DNA of 59,766 bases, the filler included, from Sphacelaria rigidula (taxonomy: Eukaryota): assembly GCA_964200075.2 (NCBI GenBank). It is 3 parts of 3 records of this genome, joined end to end, with 100 filler letters (N's around TTAATTAATTAA, not from the genome) between each part and the next. Parts side by side here need not be neighbours in the genome. Positions count along the whole stretch, not along the records: positions 19,975 to 39,822 come from CAXNAA020000599.1; 2 more parts are not named here. The stretch is one strand, 5' to 3'. Below are positions 24,666 to 37,516 of the stretch, piece after piece. Each line of letters begins with the position of its first letter. Positions within the stretch are counted from its first letter, which is position 1. The notes beneath the pieces were generated by a model. The model made no database searches, was not told where the DNA came from, and saw nothing but the letters and a program-made list of their open reading frames with translations. Position numbers and translations under genes: made by a program.

Positions 24666-27299
24666 ATGTAAGATCGCTGTAACTGTGTCAGTACATTGAC
24701 ATAGAGGAGCCAGTCAGTTTCGTATGGTAGGGGTGCTTCATTCAAGTGCCATATGCTTGAGAGACAAGTATATCGCGTCGGTTGAAATATCATAACTCAA
24801 CAGTCATTGCGATGGACATAAAGTGATTGGATCCGACGGGAAGCTCGTCACTGAAGACCCAATTCCTTTTGCATGGCCTCACATGACCGATGAGGCCACT
24901 TTTTAGTTGGCGCGCCTTTCAGGAAATTCCCCATTTCTATGGTCGAGTCGCAGCGGTTCATGTGCCATTCTATAAACTGATGAACAACTTGGTACTTCAC
25001 GTGGTTGATGGGTATCACGGATTCGGCAGTCTGCGCCCTTGACCCTCATGTTGGACTATAGCGCTTAACGAGCACAGGCGACTGAAAGATCCAGACATAT
25101 CCAAACATGTTGCTAGCTACAGTGCAAAGGGGGGGCATCCTTTTGAAGTTGTACTAGCTAGTGGGTGGTGAATGACACCGAAAGCTTTTCGCCGGTTTGG
25201 ATCCATCACTCCCTCATGCATGCCCAAACCATGTTGCAGTGAGGAATTGCCTACATCATGCTACACAACGAACCAGCACAACGAGAGATCATATATAATC
25301 TACAGACAAGAAATGCTCAATTGAAAAAGGTCTGCCGGCGTATATGAACGTTGCCTATCAAAGGATAAGATTAGAATGAAAAAACACTCATTTTTTTCGG
25401 GTCGAAAAGTCGTGTTTGAGGTAGATAATGTACATCAGCGGCGTTGGCATCAAATATAGCAGTCCTTGTGACTCGCAGCAATCCTTTGTCCTTCGTAACA
25501 CCCCGTAGTCTGAACATAATGAACATTCCGCGTCAAAAGGTTTGACTGACTTACATGCATCCTATCAATGAGTCTACACTATGGAAGCTCGACAGCAATT
25601 GATGTTGTGCACACAACAGCGATGCCGACGTGACTTGAGACTCAATGTGCCTTGATCGTATCGACGGAATCCATCGCAGACTACAGCAGCGATGTCCACT
25701 CAACGCTACCAACAGGGCCACCTCGCACGGCGAAGCCGATGCACATGGCGGTAGAAGCTCAATTACGCTCGAAAACCGTATGTTACATGCCGTGATCCTG
25801 GCGTGAAGTTAACCATACACATTTTCGTAGACCGCAAAAAGAACGCCAATCCCAATGGGCATCTGCATATTTCGTGCGTGGCCAATAGTCATCAGCCATT
25901 ACCTCACATGGTGGCTCGTTGCATCGTCGCCATCAATGAAAAGCTCAGCTACAGACAACACGGGCATCTGCCAAGATGGCACCATCTGTTGAGGTGGGGG
26001 CATGATTTGGGTCGTCACGGACGCCTTCTGACAAGGGCTGACCAAGCGGTAATACAACACGAGTTCTGTGCGATCACGTTTGAGAAGAACGTCACCGTCA
26101 GGATTTCGCATAAAGTACATCTGCGCCAACTTGGAGAAAGTATTCAGCGCCAGTTTGGCAGCGTCTATGGAAAATGCGCCATTGCGAAATACGGCCACAT
26201 CGATCCATGGATAAAACCACTTTCCGCAACCGAGCACCTGCGTCTTCGGGATTATTTGTGCTGTCGATTGTTTGGAATCTGCCACGCTTCTTCCCTTCCC
26301 TGGTGATCAATGTGACACTCAACCGGCGCGAAACTGTGTCTTCGTGAGTGTGAGCTTCAGTCGACAGTCGAAACTCGAGATACCTCATGTTACGCGTTAG
26401 ATCACACGGGTGATGAATTTCCCACGTAGGTGCAGGCAATTTGTTCAACCGCACTCCCGGAGGGAAGAAATCGCGTGTGCAGCGGCTTCGCCTGTCGAAT
26501 CACCTAGGCAACCAGAGCGGCGGAGATAGGATGCTGAGGTTTGGGATCACACCAAGTTACCCTGGCAGGCAACAGGGCAGTGATTGCGAGGGGGGGGAAT
26601 GAAGTTCGAAGCGGTTTTGACTGAAATCAAGTTCATCAGGTAGACAATGGTACTCTGTCAAGCCTGTGTTGCTCTCCATACCTCTAGACTTCAGCGATGA
26701 TCGTAGTAGACAGAACACCGAGATCTGCCACACCAGCGAGACGTGACTTCACCCAGCCATTGTTGAGTCTTGTTTGGAATTACTGCCAAAGGAGAGGTTG
26801 CCCGCGTGTTTGTCATTTAACTAGAACAGTTGTTTTCAGCACAGGGAAAATTTAGGGGTGAAATGACCTGCATCGGGGAATCGCAGGTTTCGGCGGCGTA
26901 CGCGTGCAAATTCTTGCGTAAATTCGCCGAATCCGAGAGAGCAGACGTATGTCATGGTACAGTGTATTGGCTGCAATGGAGACCGCGATGTTATGCATGC
27001 ACACCATGGCAGAAGACGTGGAACCGCAAAGCATCGACCACCACACTAGTTACAAACGATGTGATTTCGTACGGTACATATATTCAGTACCAGGTCTGAC
27101 TACCAAAAGGCGAAATCGTGGACGAACAAGAGGATAGCAGCAAAGGTTGCCACAATATCCTATGGAACACCTAGTCAAGTTCAGCCTTGTACACGCCGTA
27201 CGCCAGGAATATTCACACCGTTCACTGAAGAAACAAACCAATCGTTGCGGTCCCCTACATGTCGTTTGTATCGAACAGGCGAAGTACGTCAAGTAATAG

Positions 27300-30230
27300 T
27301 TCAAATATGGCATCTTGGGGGCGATGCACTGGTTCGTGGTGAGATCGGCCGAAAGCAATAGGACGATAACCGTCGGTATGTGCCAAATACGCGGTGATAC
27401 CCAATAACTCGCAGACGGAGTCGGTGGTATGTCGTTCTCCACAATCGGTAGTGCTCGCGGCGCGGGGCCAACGTCATGCATCCGTACAGAAGAGCCTCCA
27501 TCGCCTCCGCTTTCAGCACTCAGAGTTTGAGTGTCCACGGTGCTTTCGAATGGTCAAAGAGCTCTGCTCGGGTTGTTGATCTGTCGTTTGAGATCGTCAT
27601 ATTTCTTGATAAGGCCACCCAAGTATCGAAACTGGTATGTTCGTACTTCTGACCCGCTCGTTCGATGACCACTGGCGAACGAGGTGGTGTTCGTGACTTC
27701 CCTTTTTTGGGTGGTTTCTCCGGTACTCGCTTCAAGAGAGTCTCCGTCTTGTTCTCCGTCATCATCACTTCAAAGGCCCGGAACACGTCCACTATAGCGA
27801 CCATCATCCTGTTCAGGCCGCCGGGGATCTCTAGACAACACCGGTGTCGTCGGCATATAGCATTCCCCACACCGCTCTCCGTACGCATGTCCGTAGTGTC
27901 TCCGCCCGCCTCCCCGTTTCCCCGTTGAGATTCATCATGTCCTTGAGGATGATGTCATCCTCGCTGAATCGCACGAGGACGAGGTTGAGCGCCGCTGCGA
28001 ATGTTGAACGGCAGCAGAGGTAGCACACATCCTTGCCGCATTTCCTGTGTGACCTCGAACCTCTCCGAGAGCTCCCCGTTATCCGTGCCTACGCGGGCCT
28101 GCATGCCGTGGTGGAATTTTCTGGTAGCTGCGATCATATCATCCAGAGCACCAGCTCGGGCCAGTACCTGGCACGGAACCACTCGATCGACCGAGACATG
28201 GGCCTTTTGGAGGTTGACAAAGCACATGTACAGCGGTGTTCTCCGCCGCCTCCCCAGCTTCTGGACTCGGCGCACTACAAACAACATGACGGTGGATCGA
28301 TGCAGTCGGAAACCGCACTGTTCCTCCGATAGCATCCCATGGGCTTCGCAGTAGACGCTGAGGCGGCCGGCCACTATCTTCATAAGAGCCACTTGTAGTT
28401 ATTGCGGTTGAATGAGTCTGGTTTCTTATATAGCATTTTGGTTGCGTCCTTCCTCTCCTGCGGGACCTCCCCTCCATTACACATCTTAACGAGGATGGCA
28501 TAGTAGCGTTTTACAACGATGGGTTCGGCGCGGCCGTCGATCTTCAGTAGCTCTGCAAGGAGGGAGTCGTGTCCCGGCGCTTTCCAGGTGTGCATCCCCT
28601 GGAAAACTCGCCTGGTCTTCTCCGGCGTTGATGCTGACCCAAGCGGTACGGAATCTCCCATGATTGATGCTATCGGTCGCTGTTTCGAATCTTCGATGGT
28701 GGCTGGGTTCACCGTGGGTGATTCGAAGTTGAGCAGGGTACGGAAACATCTCGCCCACTGTTTCGGATCTGCAGCTTGTTTCTCTGTAGAACGTCGTTCT
28801 CATCCTTGAGGAACCACTGTTGCCCTGACTACCTCCCGCCAGGACCCACATGTCTCTTGAGGTGTTTGTACAGGCTCCTCATGTCGTGATCCTTGCAGAT
28901 CGATTCGAGCCTCGCTACATATCTCTCCAAATTTGCATGGACACCGTCATCTATTACTGTACGTATCCCCTTACACGCGGCTTTGAGTGTTTTCCACGTT
29001 GCCGGGGTCTGGTTGCCCTTCATCCGTCGGCGTCCCTCCCGCCGTTTGGCATTCGCTGCCTGTAGTGTTGCTCTGTTTCCGGGTTTTCACACCATTCTAG
29101 CATGCGCGGTATCCGTGTCTCCTCCGGAATTACTGTCTGCACTACTTCGAGGATGGCTTCGGTAAAGTCCTTCGCGGCCGCCGCTGCGGTGGTGGTTGGC
29201 TGGCATGTTCGCTCGCCGAGGTCGACTAGGAAACCTCTCGATCACGTGCCATGGTGCCATTTCGACCTGCAACTGTTGTCTGTTGAATTGCCGCTACTTC
29301 GATTTTCCCCGTACGATACCGTTGTGGGCGAAGCGGCCACCAAGGTCGACAGTGGCCACCACCACGTTGTAGTCCTAGTCAGCTTTGGCCGAAAGGGCAG
29401 GCTGGGGGTGTACGACTACGTTGCGCACTCTACCTAGGTGTGCCCGCCGTGTGAGCATGTAGTCTATGCGCTTGAGGTCACTCGCGCGGTTCCCTGTGAC
29501 ACCGCTGCATGTGTGCGAAACTCCGTCTTTGCGCGGACTAAAGACGGTGTTCATGATGGCGAGTTTGTTCTCAATTGCGAAAGCTAGCAGTAGTTTACCG
29601 TTATCGTTCAGCTCATGACATCCATTGACTCCTATGACCCTTTAATTCCGTAGAAGCTGTCCTATTTTTCTCCCATCGCCTAGTATCCCTTCACCCTCTA
29701 TACAAGATCATCAAACCCATCCCGGAACACTTCTTTGGCTTCGTCCTTGGCGACTTCAGTTGGTGCATTCGCAGCTACGAATCGACCGCCTCGTTATCGG
29801 ACGATATTTTAAACCGCATCGCCATGAGGCGCTCGTCAACGTACTTGGTGATATTGGTGGAGTAATTGTAAATGGACGCTTTGACGGCTATCTCCACACC
29901 GTGTTGCTCCCTCAATTTGCTCCCACAGCAGAAGGCTCTGCGGTTGTACAGTCTGTTCATTCTACCCTCCTTGTCTTCTGTAGTCCTACCACCGAAAAGT
30001 CTAATAGCCCTGCCTCGTACAAGACGCTGTAGACTTGTTCCCACCTGTGTACTCCTCTTACAGCGAGAGTGCTGACATTGCAAGTGCCTACCTTAAAAAG
30101 TTGACTCCGCTGTTTCGCCCGGGCTACTCGTGCTGTTTTCCTAGCAACCTCACGCCTGGCCTGGCCCCCCTTCCACTTTGCTGCTCTGTTTTATTCCTTG
30201 TTGTTTTTATAGCATTGTGGACTTTCTAGC
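27300..30230 (-). mobile_element. Decayed RTE-type LINE (EN + RT)
   Basis: Minus-strand fragments: HGVEIAVK (EN), WKAPGHDSL, NGGEVPQERKDA, SEEQCGFR, QEMRQGCVL, MLYADDTG, LLYGCMT; many frameshifts. Boundaries approximate. Confidence 0.88.
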
Positions 30231-30769
30231 TGTTCATGTCAGCACGATTGTTATCTTTTTTGGCAGGCCGGCGGAACTTTCCTGCTCTGTCCGACTCCGC
30301 TCCTTCCTCGCCCCTGGTGTGCGTACCCACGCAGTGTGCAGCACCTCCATTCCTGTTTGGGCTGTGCCCACAGTGCTCTCCGCTGCTGCTTAGCCCCGGG
30401 GTCCAAACTGGGGCATAAGGGTTCAGTCCCATGCTGCCGCCGAGGTTTCTCCGAAAGTAGGCACACAGACTGATCTCGTCATCACTATGCCTCCCATCTC
30501 CGAAATCAATCTCCCCGTCGATCTGAGGCTCGGGTTCCTGTCTCCGCCATGGTTGGGTGGTCTTTGTGTGGTCTAAGGTCACTGCCGAACTTTTGCCAAC
30601 CCAGAAGGGGCCGTGGGTAGGGGGGAGGGATGGGGGAGCGGACTTATTCGTTACTTGCCTTAGTCGTTTGACCATTGACCACGCATCCCGTTTGAGACGA
30701 AGCACCGTTCCTACTCCTAGTTGAGACGACTCCAACATTCCGGCGCTCATTAAGTTTCTTCCATACCTT

Positions 30770-31850
30770 ACACATAAAGCTTTGGCAGATCTTATCCCCG
30801 TTCTGCTTTGCCATCTGTGACCATTATCTATCTCCTAGTATAGCGGTCGTTTTCTCACTATTGTCCAATGCATCAAACGAATCCCTGTCACCTCCGTTTA
30901 CATCCCACACTTTCCCCTCTAACACGTCCCGTTCCTCCTTGTACAGTTCACATTCTGTCACTATGTAAGTTCTACTGTCAATTGCTCTGCCACAGGGGCA
31001 ATTCTGGGCATCTACTTTTTTCTTCACTCATCCGTACACCACTACTACTATACCTCTTTCTTGTTTCTGGCAGGTCCAGGTCCCCCACCCGGGGGCGGAG
31101 TTTTACTTTTTTCGCGGAGTTTTTGGGCCATACCGATATGCAGTTATTCCTATCCCTTCTCTCAATCCGCCGTGTATCTTCAGCTGCTCTTCCTCGCATA
31201 CTTTTCGCACTAGCGCTTGTTCTGCCATAACTTCCATCATATCTCTTAATTTTGTCTTGTACCCCCCTCACCGAAGACATTATCTCGTCTTGATGTCCTC
31301 CTATGCCCTTCCAAACTTTATCGATCACGCCATCCCGCCTTATTCCAGCCTGCCCTTTCGCCATCTTCATCCATGCAGCCCTATCAGCCATGGCTGGCAA
31401 TCCCGTCCTTGGCATGTTCTTTATGCCATATTGCTATTTCAATATTCTCAAGTCTTTGTGTTCTAAGTGGGCATATTCCCAATTCGGCTCATAAAATGCT
31501 GTATTACGTGTAGTTTCTGAGCATCCAAGCATTTTCTTATCTGCTGTCATCTGTACCGTTTCCAACGTCTCTACCAACCTCGCGTTCCCCTCCCATACCT
31601 CTCCTGTATGCTTCAGCTTTGGTTAAACCACATCCATCAGGATAAATGTCTTGATCCTACTGCAGTATCTAGGCGCGAGTGTCTCAGGATCACGTCCATC
31701 TTGCCTTCCTGTGCCTCACCCTTCTGTACTACTTTGTTTTCATGTGTATATCTCAACAACTCTACGCCAAGGTATGTGTACTGGTCTACCATCGGTAGTT
31801 CCTCTTCTCCCCACTTCAATTTGAACTCTACCGGGTAAGAGAGGGGAAGG
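30770..31850 (-). mobile_element. 5'-truncated LINE fragment of a different family (RT C-terminus + Cys/His knuckle)
   Basis: LKWGEEELPMVDQYTYLGVEL (RT end motif) and CPCGRAIDSRTYIVTECELY (degenerate CCHC); frameshifted. Confidence 0.7.
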
Positions 31851-32880
31851 TCTGAAGTTTGTTCGACGCGTGCTGTACTGATCTCGCGAAGGCTGTATTT
31901 CTTATCTCTCAAAATCAGAGTCCTCGTCGAAACGAAGTTCGAGCTCGTGTTTCCTGTCTCCCTCTCTGCCGTCGTTGGGTGGTTGGCCATTCTGTGATCC
32001 CGGACCGCTGGCGTTTCGCGGCCCACCCCGGTAGGCTAGGGGACACATGTGGGTCTCAATGGCGCTCTCAGAGAAGCTGTCGAGATGGTCGGTGTGAATT
32101 TCCGTCGCGTTTGTGGGAACTTGGCCAAGGCACCACGTTCGGCGTGGGCACGCGCGAGTGCTACAAGTGCTATCGAAATCTACTGCTCGTAGAAGGGCTC
32201 ACCTGAAACCTGAGGTCTTGGGCGTTGATAAGTCCTACGCTCACTTTTAATGTTGGGAGTAAAGGAAGTGTTGACTCGAAGTTGGTGGGTCTTGTGTTTT
32301 TTCTGCGCTTGTTATGTGCAACATTGGAAAAAAGAATGAAAAACGCCCAAAAATATGGGCTTTTCTCCAGTCGACATTCATTGTTTCGGGCCACGCACCC
32401 ATCTGGTGGGTGGTAGACTGTGCAGGATCACCCCATATTTCGGGATCCAGCCCAAAAGCACGCAAGACTCTGACGATCAAAAATTGCGAGGGGACAAAAT
32501 GAAGTGCCTCTGATTATGTGGCGTACTTCACTCACCGGACGAAGGGCACTGTACTGCTGTGCAAATACACCGAGACTCGTGCAGCTGACGACGCGTGACG
32601 CAGTACATGACGGTACCGATTGGTAATACAGTGATTCGTGTTTGCAGTCAGAACTGCGTGACCCCCTCTTTCCCGCAGGGCGAGTCCGTAGCCTCAAGGA
32701 ATCAGCATATACCACTGCGTTCCAGATGTTGGTTCTTTCGTTTCACTGTTTCACTCAAATATTCCTAGTTATTTTGGTTTCTTTCATTCATTGTCCTGGT
32801 TGGTTCTGGTTTCGATTATCTTTTTCTCTGTTTTGTGTGTTTTGGTTAGGGTTTTGCAGTTTACTCATTGCGTTTGTTTT

Positions 32881-33709
32881 AGACCACTTTGTATGGCAGC
32901 CAATCCCGAACCTGGCGGGACCCGAATCTGTGCCAAACCGGCGGAACCCAGATTCGTGAAACTCAGATTCGTGTGTACCCCTGTATGGCTTCACAGATTT
33001 GTCCAAATTGTTCTATACACGAACGGTCATTTTCTGGGCGGGTGTGGTATCACAGTGAAGCTGAAGAATAGGCAGGCAGGGAATCATCCTTCAAAAGCAG
33101 CACCGTACCGTGGTACCCTAGGGTATGATGCAGTGCAGTACACTGCACAATCACAGTACACGATACTACCGTGGGGTAATACATGATGGTACAGTCGGTA
33201 CTGCGAGAACACTGCACAGTGTGCGACAAGAGTTCATGAGTGCAGTGTCATTCATCATCCTGCAACAACCGCGACAGCAGAGTGTAGGATGGTACAGTAC
33301 CGTTCGTTATTATGACACACACAGCAGCACAGTGCATCACTCAATTTTACCATCACCGCAGAGTACAGCGTCAACACTTCTTATCCGCTTGTCAAACACC
33401 GTGCGGAGCTGCTCCAGCAGCCGGCGCTATCAGGCACTGACTGTCCATAGTGTTGTTGCAAAAATATCAAACGCCTGTTGCCCCATCACTGTACGTCAAC
33501 ATACGTACGTCAGTTGCTACAGATTCGGGGGATCTCGATTTTCCACGGATCTGCGCTCAGATTCGTGTAAAACCGTTCTCAAATCGTGACAAACGGATCT
33601 AAGTTCCCCCGATTTGGGCCAACTTGGGGTCCATACAATGCGTTTCCGAATCTGAGGTCCCCTAATCTGCGTACAGATCCGTTTTTTCGACTGCCATACA
33701 AAGTGGACT
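32881..33709. mobile_element. ~830-bp non-autonomous TIR element
   Basis: AGACCACTTTGTATGGCAG (32881-32899) and CTGCCATACAAAGTGGACT (33691-33709) are reverse complementary at 18 of 19 positions; subterminal AGATTCG/AATCTG repeats at both ends. Confidence 0.8.
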
Positions 33710-35374
33710 TATACCTTCATTTCCCCCCCCCCCTTTTCTTGTTCTCCAGCAAGGATTTTTGTTTTGTTCACCTTGAGTACATCCATATTTGAAGCTGACC
33801 ACGTCCGGGTCCCTCGGGGATCAGTTAAGATATGCAAATCAAGACAATCAGTGTACGGTATCGCATCGACTCGTATTGTTATTGTCCCACGTACCGTACT
33901 GCAATACGACTACAGCAACTGGAATGGACGAAGTGCCTCATCTGTAATTCTGTGTGCACAACACTACTCGCTCGTGCTGTTGATTTCGCCTGCACGAACT
34001 GCTCTACAGAGTGCTTTACAGTGTTCTACCGTGCAGGCCATTTGGACAAGCGGAATTCTCTTGATTTCTTGTTCCGAGTTTTCTCGACCTCGCTCTGAAG
34101 AGCATACTTCGCGATACATTTCCGGAAACAGTATCAGCGTGCCCAGTGCACTTATTCTCGCACATTGTAGAGGGCGTAAATGTAGGCCATATAGACAACA
34201 GTGACGAGCTGCTGTAGAAGAACCCATTGGTGAGTCCTATCTAGCACCATGAGGACTCACCAATGAGCCTGAGAGAATGAGGCTGTCAGCAGCAAAGAAG
34301 AAGAAATAAAGACGTCGCAAAGGGAGCTTCTAGCGGCGCAGGCCTCCGGGAACCCCCCGATGAGGCCCTTATTGTTGCGCTTCTCTCGTGCCGCTACAGG
34401 CGCTGTGGAGGATACACTCACACCACTGTGCTTCATGCAACTGGTGCCCGTACACGCTTCCCACATAAATAAACCATCATCGTTTATGTCGAGGGTCTTC
34501 CGGGGAAGCGGGGCCTACCTTTTGCACCTACATGTTCATTTGCTGGTGGTGCTGTGCCGTACATTCAATATCTGCTATGGTCCTCATCGTTTCAGACCCG
34601 TCGCCGCGCAGGCGGGCGACATATGTCTGTCCAAAGCAGTGTGAGTATTTCGGAGCACATTCATCACAAAGTTCATGTCAATCAAACGGTTGGTCTTCCG
34701 AAAACTTGGACACAGCGCTAGACTACTCGCACACAGCCCCCCATCCTCGCCTTATTAAGCTTGTTATTGACCTCCTCGGTGTTGGGCCTCGTCCTTGCTG
34801 AGACTGTCGGCGGGGCTTCGAGGCAGCAGAATTCTCACCCCTTGGTAAATAAAACAGAGTTGATGCGCAGCCAACGAAACGAGAAGCTTTGAAAGCATGG
34901 GTAGTTGCCATCAAACCCCAGGAGAGCTTTTGCCTGTAGTCATCACAGGGACACATTTGACCTTCAGAACTCCTTTACGCCGTGTCAATTCAGACAAGAC
35001 TGAACTCACCATACCTGTGCCCTTCCGATCAAATTCTGGGAGCCGTTAATGGCGGATTTCAAGAAGAGGCGACAACAGTGAATTGAGTACAACACGAGAC
35101 TGTTGTGGCCGAAATGCACCCCCAACACCCGCTGCAAAAACGATTGATAACAGCGCCCCAGGGTTGCTCACATACCACCACACTTTTGGTGCACTTGTTT
35201 CGAGAGCGTGCTAGTCGCGGTCGTCGCAGGCGCAGGAGCGACGCACCTTGTGTCTCACGATAGCATTTACGCAAAATGACGCAATCGATCGCCGAAAAAC
35301 CCCTGAAATTGGAACATGGCCGCTGGCGGACGTGTGAAACGTTTCGGCAGTTTTGGCTCTTTCTATCCGCTTTC

Positions 35375-35556
35375 GTTCCGTTTGCCAGTGTTGTCACCAA
35401 AAGGACACTCCAGTAACATGGCCCCAACACTGATGCAAGAGCATCGACATGCAAAAAGTATGCCGCACCCACAATTGCCTGGACAACGTTCGCCACCGCA
35501 AAGCAAACCGTCAGTCCCAGCTTATGGTACAGGAGCGCGAGTGGGGACAAGACCTA
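35375..35556 (-). other. Exon-like fragment encoding hydrophobic, membrane-protein-like segments
   Basis: After TACATAG acceptor: VLSPLALLYHKLGLTVCFAVANVVQAIVGAAYFLHVDALASVLGPCYWSVLLVTTLANG; no clean donor found. Confidence 0.35.
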
Positions 35557-37015
35557 TGTAGAGTGTGTGCTCCATGAATCATGTGTTTTGCTGTTAATTT
35601 GATCTGATTGCACGGAGTTTCTCAGAGTGGTACGTGCGTTGTGTTCGCCTGGGCTGGCTTGTAACGTATCAAATGGAAGGCGTCATATGCAGCAGTGTTA
35701 CAGATGAACACGTGTGGCCGTCAACCATTTCGAAGTAATAATTAATGTACGTTGGCTGTCGTCCTTACCTATTGACGGGCAGTTCCAGCATACGCCTGAG
35801 ACCGCGGCAATCTCCCTCCAGCAGCCTAGCGCCTGGAGCAATGTATCAGAAAAAGGCACAAGAATCAATCATCACACGTTTTTGTTTCATTCAACTCGTC
35901 ATCTTTCTGCTACCGGGAAACAAAATGCAGTGTAGCTTGAATATGGGAAAACAAACGAGGATATGAGAGAACTGCTTTGATAAGCAGCACCCATGTGCTC
36001 AGCCGTCAGACCACAGCTCTCTCGTCGAGGGCAAGCTTTAAGGCGCGATGAGGTGCATAAGAAGAATACCACAAGACCTGGGGACCTGGAGTCGGGGCAA
36101 GAAGGTTGTAGCACCACAAATCTGCAGTTTGGACTTGCCCGTATGCTGCTGGCGCTCCTTCGAGCAGTATGCCACGCATGCCGTGAGTACAAGAGGTCGT
36201 GAGTCGTGCCTATACATCGGGAACCTGACGAGAACCAAACGAAAGACAGTCACGATATCTACATGAATCCAGATGGTGCCACATCGCTACGAAAAGTACT
36301 GGCAGCAGTGGGTGTGAGGTCGCACACATGGATCCACCTGATGGTCGATTGCTGGCCTCGAGAAAAGCGTGGCGAGGAGCGATGTGCCTTTCCAAAGGAT
36401 GTCCGAAAAAGTGCGGGAACGATACCACCACTGCAGCCTCGTCGGCCAGCATGGTATGCCGCACAAACCGCTAAAGAGAGCAGATCCGCATGTGCAACAA
36501 AAAAGCGGATCGGAGGAAATGATGACGGATACACACACGGAAACATGCGCACACCTACGGCAACACACACTTCATGGATACGGACGAAAAAGGACAAGGG
36601 CCATAAGGCATGCCATGGGCCAAGCGGTTACCCGAAGGCGAAGGATCTCAACTAAATTTGTACATATACACTACACTGTGCAATGCTATATGTGATCGTA
36701 GAAGGTCGGCGAACGTACGCCCAGTTACTTCACTGTATAGTATCCATCCAATAGTCAAACGTTAGAGTAACTCATGGAACACGCAAGTGGCTCGCTGCGT
36801 TTGCCGTTGTATTCGCGCTACGTGCCATGAATACAAACATATAGGGTCGGAGTACTCGGATTCAGGACTGGAAATCTCCAAAAAATATTACTCTCAGGGC
36901 GCCTCAATGACTCTACCCGACCGAAATGTACCGCCACCAACTCAACAGCTCATGTCTGCACATCAGTTATAAATAGAGGCGTTGGGTTTGCGTAACGCTG
37001 TGCGTGAACCCTCAC

Positions 37016-37516
37016 CAGTTTGGCAGGTAGATCCAGCTTCTCCGGGTGCAGCTCTGCAAGCGCGGGGAAAGTCTCCACCATGGCATCCGTCTGATCTTCC
37101 GTCAACCCCAACACCGCACGCAAGTGCCCGAGTGCCGTATGCTGCTGTCTGTGTTTGGTTGGTAGACCTCGCTCGTCGTCGTCTTCATTATCAAGTATCG
37201 CAATCATCGTTTCATCCGTTTCACCGTTCCCGTCAGCAGGTGTCGACGTGTGTATCTTCCCGAATCCACAAAACCACAAGCACCAAACGAGAACATAACA
37301 CTCAGGGCGTGTCTTCGGGAAACTCGAAGAAAATGGAGTTGATGTGGCAGTTGGATCCGGGATCAGCAGCCAAAACAGTCCTAAGATGAGATTTAGACCA
37401 ACAACGACCAACAGCTGACACTGCGCAATCGAACCAAGCGCTTCGAACGATAATCGCGAGGCTTGCGCCGCATTCCCAAACAATGCTTGATAGCCCTCAC
37501 GATGGCTCCGGTTCAA
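37016..37516 (-). other. Exon-like open frame, possibly an mTERF-like helical repeat fragment
   Basis: Open frame ending at CTG|GTGAG donor; HLRAVLGLTEDQTDAMVETFPALAELHPEKLDLPAKL resembles an mTERF motif by eye only. Confidence 0.35.
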
